This document shows positions 35,876-48,868 of a stretch of DNA of 64,000 nt, piece after piece. How positions within the stretch are numbered: the first letter of the stretch is position 1; each line of letters begins with the position of its first letter. This DNA is from Callorhinchus milii (lineage: Eukaryota), in the NCBI RefSeq assembly GCF_018977255.1, contig NW_024704743.1:8806001-8870000 (forward strand), written 5' to 3'. A program made the translations under genes and the position numbers. The notes below the pieces were generated by a model. That model ran no database searches. It saw nothing but the letters and a program-made list of their open reading frames with translations, and was not told where the DNA came from.

Positions 35876-37566
35876 ATATATTCTGAAAGGTGCTAAATCA
35901 AGAATTGTTATTTATTATTATTTATCATTATTCTTCAGGTGTCACTAATCCGATCCCAATGAATTACTTGCCCATTGGAAGCATTAAAACCAAGCCCAAT
36001 CTTGTCCTCACCTAACTACCATTCACACTTACTAATCAACAGGGATCAATGGATGGCGATAAACACAGGAATCAAAGCTGATATTTTCCCCGCAGCTCCC
36101 CTTGTCTAGGTACATTGAGGCCAATTGTAATGTTCAAATTTTGGTGAAGATCAGCAAACTCAGCACAAAAGTACAATAGAGATCAGGCATTGAAACTGGG
36201 ACCTTCTTCATCTGTACCATCTAACACCATCTGCGATGCTTATATCAGCAATATCGCAAGGTCCCTCGAAATGAGGCATCACACAATTGTGGAAAACTCA
36301 AATTGAGTTTAGTTTGGGAAACTGGTTTTCTGCAGTTCGGGCAAAGAAAAACGGCTTCAAAATTAACACGGTATTTAATAATTTTCCCAAATGCTGCACA
36401 ATTTTCAATTTTACGACAGTAAGTCATAAGGCTCAAATGATGTGAAATCTTGGGCCTCTGGTATTCTCTTTAACATTCACAACTGTTTCAGGCTGCTAAT
36501 CACATGGAAAGGCAGTCGGGCTATTGTTTCCTCAACCTTCACGGAAAAAAAAGGCGACTATACTTTTTTCTTTTGCAGCTGTGAACGAGAATCCCGACTC
36601 CCCAGCCCCCTACCACCACATACAGTGCAGTATGGGAAGTCTATACCCTTGTATTATATCAGCTGTTTTGGTGCAATTCAAGCACCAAATTGGTTGTGTT
36701 AACCGCACTGAGTTCAACCAATTCCTTTGCAAACAGCTCCCAGACACAGCCATCCCCGAGCACAGTGTATCTGGAAGGAAATCTCAGACATGATTCAGCA
36801 GCAACATGCTGACTGTGGCACACGGCCACATTTGTACAGCACATAAACAAAGCCTCAGCCTGGATCACAGGCTCTGCCACTCATAGGCTGCTGTGGGGGA
36901 GGGGAGGCTGCTCCAGGGACATCTCTGCGACTGAACTGCTGATGACCCTAAACCCCTTAGAGCGTCATGTAGTGGGCAGTGTGTGCCTGCCACGTCTTAA
37001 TTCACGTACAGAATACACAGTCACTTTACTGTACATCTTGTGAAGCACTTCCCTCTTAACCATTCCTACTGACTCTGCACTAACAGTCCTCTGAGGAAGC
37101 GAATTCCACAATCCCACAACTCTCTGGGAGGAAAGAAATGTCTTCTGGTTTCATGACTGCCAGGTTCAGCTCTATTTGTTTCAGCCAAAGTGGTCCGTTC
37201 TGGTGTTTATACTTCACACAAGCCTTACGTTTAGAGATGTTTCAATGATATAAGGCGTTATATGAAATGCATGAATATTAACACTTGTGTTTGACACAGC
37301 GCCATATTATGTTGAAAATTCTCTAATCACAAAATGGGTTTATTTGAAGTATATTGACATGTTACATCGGCAAATGGGCAGCTGACATATGCCATGAGTA
37401 TTCCCACCCATAAAAACCCCACAAGAGTAAGATGAAGGACAACATTTAATGTTTGGTGTTTTGAAGTGAATTTGGATAAGAGTGTAATACTAGTAATCAG
37501 TAATATTATTTATTGGCCAGATGTCTGGGACATTTTCCACAAGACAAACAGTAATGGTTGTTTTAC

Positions 37567-37733
37567 CTGTATCCATTCCTTGCTGGAATCCTCTGCTGGC
37601 GTCCAGGCATTTTCTGGGTAATTCAGTCTTGCCCTTTCTGAGGCCCAGTATAAATTGTAAGTGCTAGAAGTCAAAATCTGATCCGAGTGAATTGCTCCTG
37701 TTTCCATACCAAGTGATTCGTTGCAATGAGTGT
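37567..37733 (-). CDS. NRP1: NRP1 exon 6 (start of b1 FV/FVIII domain), 167 nt
   Basis: Acceptor ccctttag, donor gtaaaa. Encodes (N)THCNESLGMETGAIHSDQILTSSTYNLYWASERARLNYPENAWTPAEDSSKEWIQ. Confidence 0.96.
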
Positions 37734-38393
37734 CTAAAGGGTAAAGAAAACATCGTTGTTGCTATCATAATAACAGCACAAAAACGGCTACATATCTCTA
37801 TGGCTGATGGTTTATGAAAACTGGGGTGTCCGTGTCAGTCACGTCTGTGTTGCATTAGTTGATCTCAGTTGGGGTGATGATTTCAAGATCCTCACACTCC
37901 TCTTCAAATCCTTTCATGCCCTGCACCTCCTTACCTCTACTACCTGCTTACTCCCCAGCCTACTAGACCTTCCTCTTCAATTGTGCTTATGGTCACCTTC
38001 CCCCTCCCCTGGCTTAGCATCATGTTCTGCCACTGTTAAGTACTCTGAGACGCTACCCTGGGTGAGGGGGCACAATATAAATGCAAGTGGTTGTTGTTGT
38101 GGCACTGAGATGCAAAATTGGCCTGAACAATTTGGGTACAAAAAAATCACACAATGACATAATGCCAAGGATAATGTAGATGTTTTTACTCAACCTTTGA
38201 ATCAAATTAAATTCGAAATAAAATCGTCAATTTCATAGCCGTTTGTAGGACAGCTGTGCATAAATTGGCCACTGCGATCGGCAACAAAACACAGTCTTTA
38301 CATTCTGCAGTATATCCTGTGAAGCACTTAGGGATGTCCTCCTGATGTGAAAGGCTCTGTACCAAATGTAAGAATTATTATTTATTATTATTA

Positions 38394-40010
38394 TTACAAC
38401 AACAACAAAATTACATTTGTATAGCGCCTTTCATGTCGGGAGGACGTCCAAAGCCGCTGGTCAGTCAGAGTTTGGGACCCGAGCTGCGGGTAAGGAATCG
38501 GGGAAGGTGGAGGGCAGGGGGAGAAGCAGGGTGATCTAAAGTACGGTCGAAGAGGAGGGTCTTGAGATGGGTCTTGAAGGAGGTAAGTGTGGGGGCGAAG
38601 CGGAGGGACTGCGGGATGGAGTTCCAGAGGGTGGGGGCAGAGTGGCAGAAGGCACACCCACCAATAGTGGGGTGAGTGAGACGTGAAGCAGGCCGGAGCC
38701 CGCTGAACAGAGGGAGCGAGCAGGATGGTAGGGGGGTAGGAGGTCGCAGAGGTAGGGTGAAGCAAGGCCATGGAGGGCTTTAAAGGTGAGGACCAGGATC
38801 TGTAACTGTATTCTATGTGTGATGGGAAGCCAGTGGAGTCGAGTGAGGATGGGGGTGCATGAGGCCATGGACTGCAGAGTCCTGTATGATCTATAGCCTA
38901 TGGAGGGAGGAGTTGGGGAGGCCAACAAGCAAGGAGTTTGTATAGTCAAGCCTTGATGTAATGAAAGCATGTATGAGGATTTTGGCGGCCTGCAGTGTGA
39001 GATAGTGCTGCTGGGAGATATTGCAGAGGTGGGGAAAGGCAGAGTGGGTCATGCCACAGATGTGGGCTAGAAAGGATAGTTGAGGGTCAAACAAGACGCC
39101 AAGGTTCTGGACTGGCTTAGTAAGGTGGAGTGTGCATCCATGGATAGTGATGCTGTCAGCGCCTGAGGTGTGGAGGTGCTGACAGGAGCCAATCAGGAGA
39201 GCCTCGGTCTTGTTGACGTTCAACTGAAGAAAGTTAGCTCTCATCCAGGACTTGATGTCTGACAGATATTCTATCACGACAGCAGTGGTTCTGGAGTCAA
39301 GAGTGGAGGCTGAGAGGTACATTTGGGTGCCATCCACATATATGATGTCACCAAAAGGGAACATATAAACATTGAAGAGGAGGGGAACAAGGACGGAGCT
39401 CTGAGGAACGCCGCACAAGATGGTGCGGGGCTAGAGGAGAAACTGTTTGTGGAGATGAAATGGAGGTGGTGTGAGAGTTACAATCTGAACCAGTCAAGGA
39501 CAGAGCTGTGAAGGTTGAGGCGAGAGAAGAGGCTGTGGATGAGGATAGAGTGGTCGACGGTTTCGAAGGCAGCAGAGAGGTCATCAGAGAGGAGACAGAG
39601 GGAGCCCTGGTCGCAGATGGACAGAATGTCATTTGTCACTTTGACCGGGGCTGTTTCTGTGCTGTGGGCAGCATAGAAACCCGATTGGAGGGGTTCGTGA
39701 ATGGAATAGCGTGAAAGGAAGGAGCGAAGCTGGGAAGCAACAACTCGTTCCAGGACTTTGGAGAGGAAAGTTGGAGATGGGGCAGTAGTTTGAGAGTAGA
39801 GATGTGTCCAGGGAGGGTTTTTAAGGATAGGAGTGATGACAGCCATGGGAATGGGGTTGGAACAGTGCCAGTGGACAGGGAGAGGTTTATGATGTCTGTG
39901 AGTAGAGGGGCAAGGAGGTGGAGCTGGGAGGTAAGAAGAATAGCAGGCAGGGATGGGGTCACGGGAGCAGGTGGTTGGTTTCATGCGGGTTACAGAGATG
40001 ATGAGAGAGG
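38394..40010 (-). mobile_element. L2-clade LINE, ~1.6 kb 5'-truncated, decayed reverse transcriptase
   Basis: ORF fragments FLSKVLERVVASQL..QSGFYAAHSTETA..DLSAAFETVDHSIL, GVPQSSVLVPLLFNVY..YVDGTQ, LHWLPITHRI. 3' tail AAAGGCGCTATACAAATGTAA(TTG)n. Confidence 0.93.
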
Positions 40011-41756
40011 AGTGTGAGATAGGTTAAAAGGTGTGGAGGAAGAATGTCATGTCACTTTAAATAAGGCAATAACACTATTCACCGAGTGAGTTATTTTCAA
40101 ATGGCTTCCTGTGATGTTGAAGAGTAGATGAGTGGAAGTTTATTAGCTTTCACAGTGGAATAATCTTCTCACCTCCCTGCACCCCGCCCCACTGACTCTT
40201 CTTATCAGAGAAATGCCAAATGATTCAACTTACAACCAACAATAGTAGAAGAGATATTAAAATCCTCTACCTTGTGCTGCATTATGAACCGTCTAACAAT
40301 GTGGAGAATGGTGGAGACCCAGGTATATATTTAAACTTATATTCAAAGCTATATACATAATTTCAAATTGCTGGATTGTCAAGTGAATTTGAATCGCACA
40401 TCAAATACTGCCATTAACACAACATTCAGGGGGGTTTTCTGTCACTTCATAATCCACAATTGTCACTCCTGGCTTGCAACCACCAGATCCTTCCTGGCCG
40501 ACACGGTCAATGAATTTATTGTGGGTTCCCCTCCCCCCCAACCACTACCACCACATTCAATGAAAGCCATTATTCGCACTGTCAAGAGTCTGAAGTTCAT
40601 CTCCTTTTTTTCGACTTGAATGACAGTTTCTCTTATCTGAAATTCAAGCTCAATTTACCCCCGTCCCCGGAAGATTACTGGCAATTTTCTGTCTCACCAC
40701 TAGGCGGAGCACTATAAGATCAAGGCATGAACGGAGTGCGGTTCCTACACAGTCCCTCTGAAGCACAACTCCAGTTGGATGGTGATATGATATGAGGATG
40801 GGGGGGGTGGGTTGATAGGACTAGAAATCAACAGCCCAGTCTGACTGTTCTGTGGAGCCCTCCTTGCTCCAACTGTTGTATTCAATGTTTCCAATACTTT
40901 TTCCTCCTTGCCCGTCTACCCTGTTCCGCCAGCCACAAAATCCAGATATTACAGCTGAGCTAGATCCTGCCCTCATTCGCTATCCAGCTAGGTGGGGGGA
41001 GAGGAGTGGGGTGCATGTTGATGGTCTCTTGGTAGAAGGTTTTGTTTGTACATTCTTTTAAGAACTATAGAAAAACGTCTTCAAAGTTAACACATAGAAT
41101 TCAACAATCTGGCAATATCTGGATGCTGAGAAATGCTAAGATAACAGAAACGTAAGAATTTGCTAGACCAAAGTCCATCCAGGTCACAATCCACCATCTT
41201 GGCAGTTGCAAGCACAGGTCATGTCCCAAATTATATACTGTATCCCAAGATATTATTTCCTAATTTGCTTTTGAAAGAATCTACACTTTCTGTTTCCACC
41301 GTCTCCCTAGGGAACCTGTTCCATACATTTACTAAAAAAAACTAATAATTTGGTCATTCAATCCACGAATGTTTGTAGGACACTGCTGTGTGCAATTGGA
41401 TGCTACGTTTCATCCACGAAATACAGTCAATTAACTTTATAGTATATTCTGGGAAGCGTTTTGAGGCATGTCTAAGACGTGATAAGGCGCTATATCAAAT
41501 GCAAGGATTATTATTATTATTATTAAGTATAGAATTTCTTTCCACCACGTTTGTCAGCCCATTGTTCAGTTTGGCCACTGAGACCAGTTGATGAACAAGG
41601 GTGGAGTGAATGCTTTCACAGCACAACATTCTCTCCTCTGCATAATTTTATTTGACTTGTTAACCCAATAACAGCTCCGAGAGCATGAATGAAAAAGTCC
41701 AGCTAATCTGGTTACGCTGTATCCCGCTGAGCCTAGGAAAAGCAATTTCTACTCAC

Positions 41757-41912
41757 TTTCCGATAAATTCTTCTGGATAATGGAATAGTTTGCCGAGAAG
41801 CCGTCCCTGGCGATGGCAGTGTCCGTATGCAATGTTAAAGACAGAATGCCTGTCAGCGACCGAATGTTCTCAGGAACCACCTGCCCACAGAAGCGGCCGA
41901 TGTGAAGACCAA
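41757..41912 (-). CDS. NRP1: NRP1 exon 5 (C-terminal half of CUB2/a2 domain), 156 nt, phase 1-1
   Basis: Acceptor tctctgtttcag, donor gtgagt. Encodes VGLHIGRFCGQVVPENIRSLTGILSLTLHTDTAIARDGFSANYSIIQKNLSE. Confidence 0.96.
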
Positions 41913-41986
41913 CTGAAACAGAGAAAGACATTCAGAGATAAATCAGGCTTCAGATTATGGTTGCAATTTCTTAAATTTTCTATTGT

Positions 41987-42345
41987 GGAGTCCTGTAGCG
42001 TATTGGTTAGAGCACTCGCAAGCAAGAGAACCCTGATTTGACTCCCGGGCATAGCGAAACCTAAGGCAAGTTTCCTTACTCCACATGCCTCTGTTTACCT
42101 AGCAGCAAGTAGAAACCCAGTTGTTAGTCGATTGACAGATTGCTTTCTGGGGATAAAAAAAATAATAATAAAAATCATTTGGTCACTCAATCCACTAATA
42201 TTTGTGGGACACTGCTGTGGACAATTGGCTGCCGGTTTTCGCCCACAATATACACAATATTTTACAGTATTTCCTGTGAAGTGCTTTGAGACATCTCAAC
42301 AATGTGATAAGGCACTATTTGAAATGAAAGGATTCTTATTATTAT
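41987..42345 (+). mobile_element. tRNA-derived SINE, long subtype, 75 nt from the exon 5 acceptor
   Basis: GGAGTCCTGTAGC head, GCCTCTGTTTACCTAGCAG core and tail. Confidence 0.87.
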
Positions 42346-44756
42346 GAATCAGGATTCAGATTACGGTTGAAATTTCTTAACTTTCATATTTATTTTCTAT
42401 CAATTTTGCTCCCACAATTTTTTTGCCCCCTCACTTCCTCAAAGATATTTAATTTCAGACTTCTGCCAATTCTGTGATATTCTGTGTTTAGGTCAGGACC
42501 CTGAACTCATTTAAAAATCAGCTTGATGCTGTGATGTTAACATAGTAAGGTGGGCGTTCCGGAGGGATGAGATCAAATGGGCCGAGGGTCTTCTTCATCT
42601 GAACTAATCTTGTGATCCTGTGGCTGTAGGGTAGTTTGCTAAGTGGCATTGAGACTTTCCCCACAGACAAGGGGAAATTGGATCATCAAATGGAGTCTCA
42701 ACACATTAGGAGATGGTTGCAGTCTTGCAGAGTGTCTCTATAAACCAGCAAAGTCTCAAAATTATCCCTGGTCTTAGCGCATGGGACCATGTCATGTCAT
42801 GTCATAAGGATTGGCAGAACAGTGGAAAATTTAAGATCACACAGAATTGGGCAAAGTATTCAGTTTTAATTTGAAGACGATTGTTTTAAGAACTATGTGA
42901 AACCGACTTCCAAATTAAGACTGAATTTCAGAATTTTCCACAACACTGAGCGATCTTAAATTTTAAGAAACAATGATATCACGGCTCGGACCATGTGGAA
43001 TTTGGGGCCTCAGGGACTGACTGGGCCACCTTGGCTGGGAATTGAAGCGTATTTCAGAGGGTTTAGAAGATGTGGAGGAAGTCATTTTAAAATGTTAGGG
43101 GAGTGGAGGGAAGGGGTGGTGAAAATGGAAAGGAAAAACAAAGAGTTGGAAACTTTGTGAAAACAAATATCTATTAACCAGGAAAGTAGCCGATGCTTGT
43201 TTTTGAAGCTTCACACTCGATTGCGTCTAGTCCTATAGGTAAGTGACAGGATATAGAAGTAACACACTGAAAATATGTTCAACTATAGGAGCTGACAGCC
43301 AAACTGTGTAACGATACCTTTTCACTGAGGATGTTTTTTCCATAATACACCATCATTTTGGCATGAACCAACAAAGCGGAGGGAAAAAAAATGACTCAGC
43401 TCCCATTTTCTTTTGTCTGACGGAATGGAAACACCGTCAAAGATTTGCAGACAAGATAAATTATGTTTCATATACAAAACATTATCTAGAATTTTGAGAC
43501 TTTCAGGTCTGTTGCAGCCAGTAAGATTACAAATCTACATGAAAATCGACACCGTCAGTGCAAATCACAAGGTCATTATAAGGCCCAGGAGAGACAGCGT
43601 CACATCTGAATCCTGCCAAACAATAGCTCCCGGCCATACAGATGCAGAGCTCGAGAAACAAAACACAAATTTTAAGAGCTCAGCTCATGTACTGTTTATT
43701 AAAATCCTTTGTAATTAATGTAATTGAATTCAAAATGTTGGTTCTGCTCTGTTTCCAGTATAACTGTGAGGTTTATCTCTTTGTAGCCCTTAAGAGATTT
43801 AAAGTTAAGAGATTCAAACTGAAGCCTTGGAACTCTCTCCCTCTATCCCACTCATGTCCTCTTTTAGATCAGGACTGAAGACCTTCCTCTTCAACCGTGC
43901 TTACGGTCACCTTCTCCCTCCTCCAGCCCGGCGTCAAGCTCTGCCACTATTAAATGCTCTGGGACAGTATCCTGTGTGAGGAGCACTATATAAATGCAAG
44001 TTATTGTTGAGATAAATCACTAACTTCTTGAGAAGCTCTTTGAGATGTCCTCTCAACTTAGAAAGCACCATATCATATTATTATTACAGTGGGTTCCAGG
44101 TGGAATCTAATAGCTGAGATCACCTTCCTAGTGCTAATAGCTTGAGATGTGTTGAAGTTCTGGTGGTAGTGGAAATTCTAGTAATGTGGTCGTTCAACAA
44201 AAATAATTAAACTATTTTAAACTCTGGGCTCCATTCTCCCCTGCATCTGTTGCTTTAATCCTTTTTAATTCAGATGGAAAACTTTATAAATGCTGTGATA
44301 TTTACCAACTCAAGATAATGTCTTAATGATAGGGTTCACCTAAGATAGGTTGTCTTACTGTGGTACCAAACGTGAATTAACACACAATGGGTATTATATA
44401 ATGTTTCTCTCAAGTAAGGGAAGGGTTCTCATTAATGAACCTATCCACACACCAAGTAAAACTTAGGGGTGTTTATTTTAACTCAGCCTTATATTATATA
44501 CCCCTGATTGAGCAACCACCAAAGGGGTGTTTCCCGGATTCTACTGATATCTGGTGACTCCTGACAATAGCCGAGTGTGGGTCGTCTTGATCTGCAGGGA
44601 CTCTGCCTTCTATATCCGGGTGCATGGGAGCAGTGTCCCTGCAGGTTAGTGTTCCAGTTACCAGCAGTCATCACTATTTGTGTCAGGGTGATGCTATTAC
44701 ACCAAATCCAGGTGAAGAGTCCAGCAGTTCGGACTCTATTGAATGAACTGCAGTAT

Positions 44757-45138
44757 GTGTCAGCCTGGCTCAGTCGGTAGCCCAGTTGCCTCTGAAGTGA
44801 GAATCTCATGAGTTCAAGACTTTGTCAGAGGCCCTGACCTTTGGATGAGATGGTAAACTGAGATCCAGTCTCCCTGTTCAGATGGATGCCAAAGATCTAA
44901 TGGCACTATTGAAAGAGAAGGGAGTTTCTGCCTGTGTGCTGGTCAACAATTCCCAGATAAAATCAGTTATTCACTTCATGACTGTATGCGGGACATTGCT
45001 GTGGGCAAATGGACTGCTGCATTCACCTTCAACATACAGTCACTTCACTTTACAGTATAATAATAATATTATTATGAAATGCTCTGGGATGCTACACTGT
45101 GTGAGGGCTGCTAGATAAATGCAAGGTATTGTTATTAT
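44757..45138 (+). mobile_element. Deu-domain SINE
   Basis: GTGTCAGCCTGGCTCAGTCGGTAG head; CTTTGGATGAGATGGTAAACTGAG..AAAGATCTAATGGCACTATT Deu motif. Confidence 0.75.
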
Positions 45139-47263
45139 TATATCCTGTAAGGCATTTTGAGGTAAATCCCCAATGTGAAAGTTGCTACATCAAATGTAAG
45201 GAATATTATTATTTTGATGGTTAGAACAAATAAAATGGAGCAACCTGCAGGGGGCAAAATGCATGTTTCTGCAGCAAACGTTGTCTTGGCTTTGTCACCG
45301 TACCCGGTATCAAACTGAAATTTCAAACGGAAATGTCCCAGCCTGTGAAACGGAGCGGCCATTGAATGGAACACCAGCAGAAGCCTGTTTTGAGAACTGC
45401 CAGACTAAGCAGTAAGCATTTACTTCAGGCATTATTGTACACTTGAGGCCACTGAAGCAGCCTGCAGGGAAATCCTACACTATTGCTAGCAGAATCTAAG
45501 TAGTAACTATTTGATTTTATTACACTCTTGGGCTTCGTCTGACAAGATTTCATCTGGCAATCTGCAGGCCAAGCTGGCTGCAACTTTTATTGAAAGGCTA
45601 CATAGGGCAAGGGGATATTGCCAAAATCTTAAAATTTATTTCACTTTTAGAATATTCATCTCCATTTGCTTTGCTTTGTCCTTTGATCAGAGGCTTCTCA
45701 GTGCCACATCATTTGAATCCCATGTTCGACTTCTCCTTAATCCGACAATTGTATTCCCAAATGCAGCCGCAATCCTACAATATGTTGACCTATTCAGATA
45801 TGTAAATCCCACAATAAACACACTGCAGCTACATTGAACCCATTCAACATTTGCACCTTCACGTACCCTGGTTTGCTCACTCCTGGGAGAATTGCAAAGG
45901 GCCAAACCATTTTCAATCTGAACCCCTGGAATTTTTACACGTTCCAGGTTAAAGCACAAGCATTCAGAATTTAGGAGGACTTTGGCATCTGTTTACCACC
46001 ATCACCACAACAATTTTCACTTATATAATGCTTTCCGCATAGAATCAGCATTTTAAAACACTTAACAAATGAGACAGGCAGCACCGAACAGACAGAGTGT
46101 GGGACAATTAAGGATGTTGACTAAAAACATGGACTAAAGATATGTTTTGGGAGGGTTTTGAGAGAGAGAGAGAGAGCATGGAGGAGAGATTTTGGAAAGG
46201 AATACCAGTTAATTCAATGGTAGGCTTTGAGGGCTTTAAGATGTTCTCCCAACAAGAAATGGCAGTATAAAAATGTAAATTGCATTGTAATAAAATTGTA
46301 ACGTAAAAAATTAGTCATTCACTTCATGGCTATTTGTGGGACATTGATGTGCACACATTTGCCACTGTTTCTGCCTACAATAACAACTTGCACTTATATA
46401 GCGTCCTCCAAGCAGGGTGGTGGATACGGAATTTGGTCCGGGTCAGTATGCGGGCAGCAGAGTTCTGAATGAGCTGGATCTTTTGAATAGTGGAGCTGGA
46501 GGGACCGGCGAGGAGTGCGTTTGAGTAATCCATTCAAAGTGACAAAGTAGTCACTACACTTTACACTTTATTCTGTGAAGGTATGAAGCTTTGAGGCTTC
46601 CTCCAGACATGAAAGGTGTTATATAAACGTAATTGTATTGGTACAGTCCCTTACCAGTATCACCTTATCTGTCATGAGTTTGCACTTAGAAAGCAAATAA
46701 TAAGTGAACGTAAGTGTTAAAGTCCACATCACTGTCCTACTTAGAGGCATTCTAAACAGATCTTGGGTTAGTTCATTATAGTGCTATCATTTTTTCCCCA
46801 CTTTTCGCCAGATAATTCTCCTAGGGCAAGACTGGATGTTAAACGACACCAACTATGATACTGCCGGGTTATGTGTAAAAAAATAAATTGGTCACTTCAA
46901 GCCACGACTGTGCGCAATTGGCTGCCGCGTTTCGCCCACAAAATAAGCAGAAATTCACTTTACGGTATATTCTGTGAAGTGCTTTGAGATGTCTCGACGA
47001 TGTGATAAGGGGCTATATTAAATGCAAGGATTATTATTATTATAGCGTAATTTTCAGATCCTTATCATGAGCTGAGAGGAACAGCCACTCCTCACATTTT
47101 GATGTATGATCAACCCAGGAAGTCCTGCTTATCAAATTGTATGAATGCCCTAAATGGTGGATGTGGGAATTACATTTCTTTAAGTGTTAACAACACCATT
47201 GCAGTTGCGAACAAGGCACCTTCAATAAAGTACCTCGAGACAGTGTTCTGTCCTGTAGTGTTT

Positions 47264-47590
47264 GGAGTCCTGTAGCTCAGTCGTTAGAGCACTCGCTTTG
47301 CAAGTGAGAGACCTGAGTTCAATTCCAGGCAGGGCGAAACCTTGGGCAAGTTTCCTTACTCCACACAGAGCCTAATCATAATCCCTCCAAAACCAAAAAC
47401 AATAATAAATTGGTCTTTTTCAATCTACGACTGTTTGTGGGACATTGCTGCGCGCAATTGGCTGCCGCGTTCGCCAACAAATATACAGTCAATTCACTTT
47501 ACAGTGTGTTCTGTGAAGCGCTTTGGGACATCCTCCCGATGTGAAAAGCGCTATATCAAATGCAAGGATTATTATTATTATTATTATTAT
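47264..47590 (+). mobile_element. tRNA-derived SINE, young short subtype
   Basis: GGAGTCCTGTAGCTCAG head to AAATGCAAGG(ATT)n tail. Confidence 0.92.
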
Positions 47591-48454
47591 GAACCTGTCA
47601 GACTGTGAATCCAACTGTGGAGTGTGGAACTGTTAGATGCAATAGCTAAAGGGAACAATGCAAAAAACAATTTTCCAATAATGATAGTTTTAAAACAGAT
47701 CATTAACATTACATAATATAAAATATTATTTTAGATAATAATAGATTATCCAATAATAAATAAGAGAAACTAACAAAGGTACATTGGCAAAAGGGGACAC
47801 TCGCTTCTATCAAGAAACTCTGTCTCATCTCAATATCTTCCCAGTGAAATCTTATTTGCTGCAAAACACATTAAAATGAGATAATTTTAATCAGTTTCCT
47901 TTAGCTGGAAGCTAAAATGAATATTTAAATATAATTTATCATACTTGCCTCCTATGTGTTTTGGAAAATACCCCTGTAAACTTTTCCAAACTTTCATTCT
48001 TTCATTAACCCTGCGGGCTCTGGTTTCTTTCGCAGGGTAACATTTAACTAGTGATGATTAGTTAAGTGCAGATTCTGACTAAGAAGATATGCATGATCCA
48101 ATAACATCATTGCCGAGTCTTGAGTCATGCAACAACAATAACAATAATAAATAAGAATCCTTGTAGTTGATATAGCTCCTTATCACGTATTCAAGACATC
48201 TCAAAGCACTACACAGAATATACTGTAAAGTATAGTGACTCTGTATTTTGTGGGTGAAACTTGCATTTATAGCGCCCTTCACGTTGGATGGCTTCTTGAA
48301 GTGCTTAAGTGTGGCAAGGCCTGACTCCAAGCCAGGGGAAGGGGGAAAAATGCACAAGAACAAATTGAAGGTTTACTTCACAATTGGAGATGAAGTCATT
48401 TTCTACCCCGCCGCAGTGCTGTGCCTAAAGTTTGATTTTGTACCCACTGATTCA

Positions 48455-48868
48455 TTCGCATCATCCCTGTTGCCTTTCACATCAGGAAGACATCTCAAAG
48501 TGTTTCACAGGATTTATTAAATAGTGTGGTGACTAAGTATTTTGTAGGCAAACATGGCAGCTATTTTTTGCAGAGCAATGTCCCACACACAGCCAATTTT
48601 ATCTGGGAGATTATTAGCCAGGACAACAGGAGAAGCTCTCTGCTCCCTTGCTAGCCGGCAAGTGATTTTTAACATCCAACTGAACAGGGAGACTTTGGTT
48701 TAAAGTCTTATCCTATTGACAGCATCTCCAACAATGCAGCACACCAACTGCACTGCAATGGAGTGTAAGTTTAAGACTTGCAAGTTCAAAGTCTCGACGT
48801 GGGGCTTGAACCTACAACCTTCTGACTCAGAGGCAAGAATTTTACCATCTTAGCCAGGCTGACACCTG
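48455..48868 (-). mobile_element. Deu-domain SINE, full length
   Basis: Reverse head GGGGCTTGAACCTACAACCTTCTGACTCAGAGGC..AGCCAGGCTGACAC. Confidence 0.75.

Noticed and set aside
38536..39984. Functional reverse transcriptase gene or retron-like system
   Set aside because: Multiple frameshifts, a degenerate catalytic motif (YVDG instead of YADD) and 5' truncation mark it as a dead L2 copy.
47342..47608. Recurrent ORF MGKFPYST..KRYIKCKDYYY (also 55755-55988, 29148-29348) as a small-protein gene family
   Set aside because: These are translations of near-identical SINE copies starting at non-ATG codons; poly-Tyr is the (ATT)n tail.
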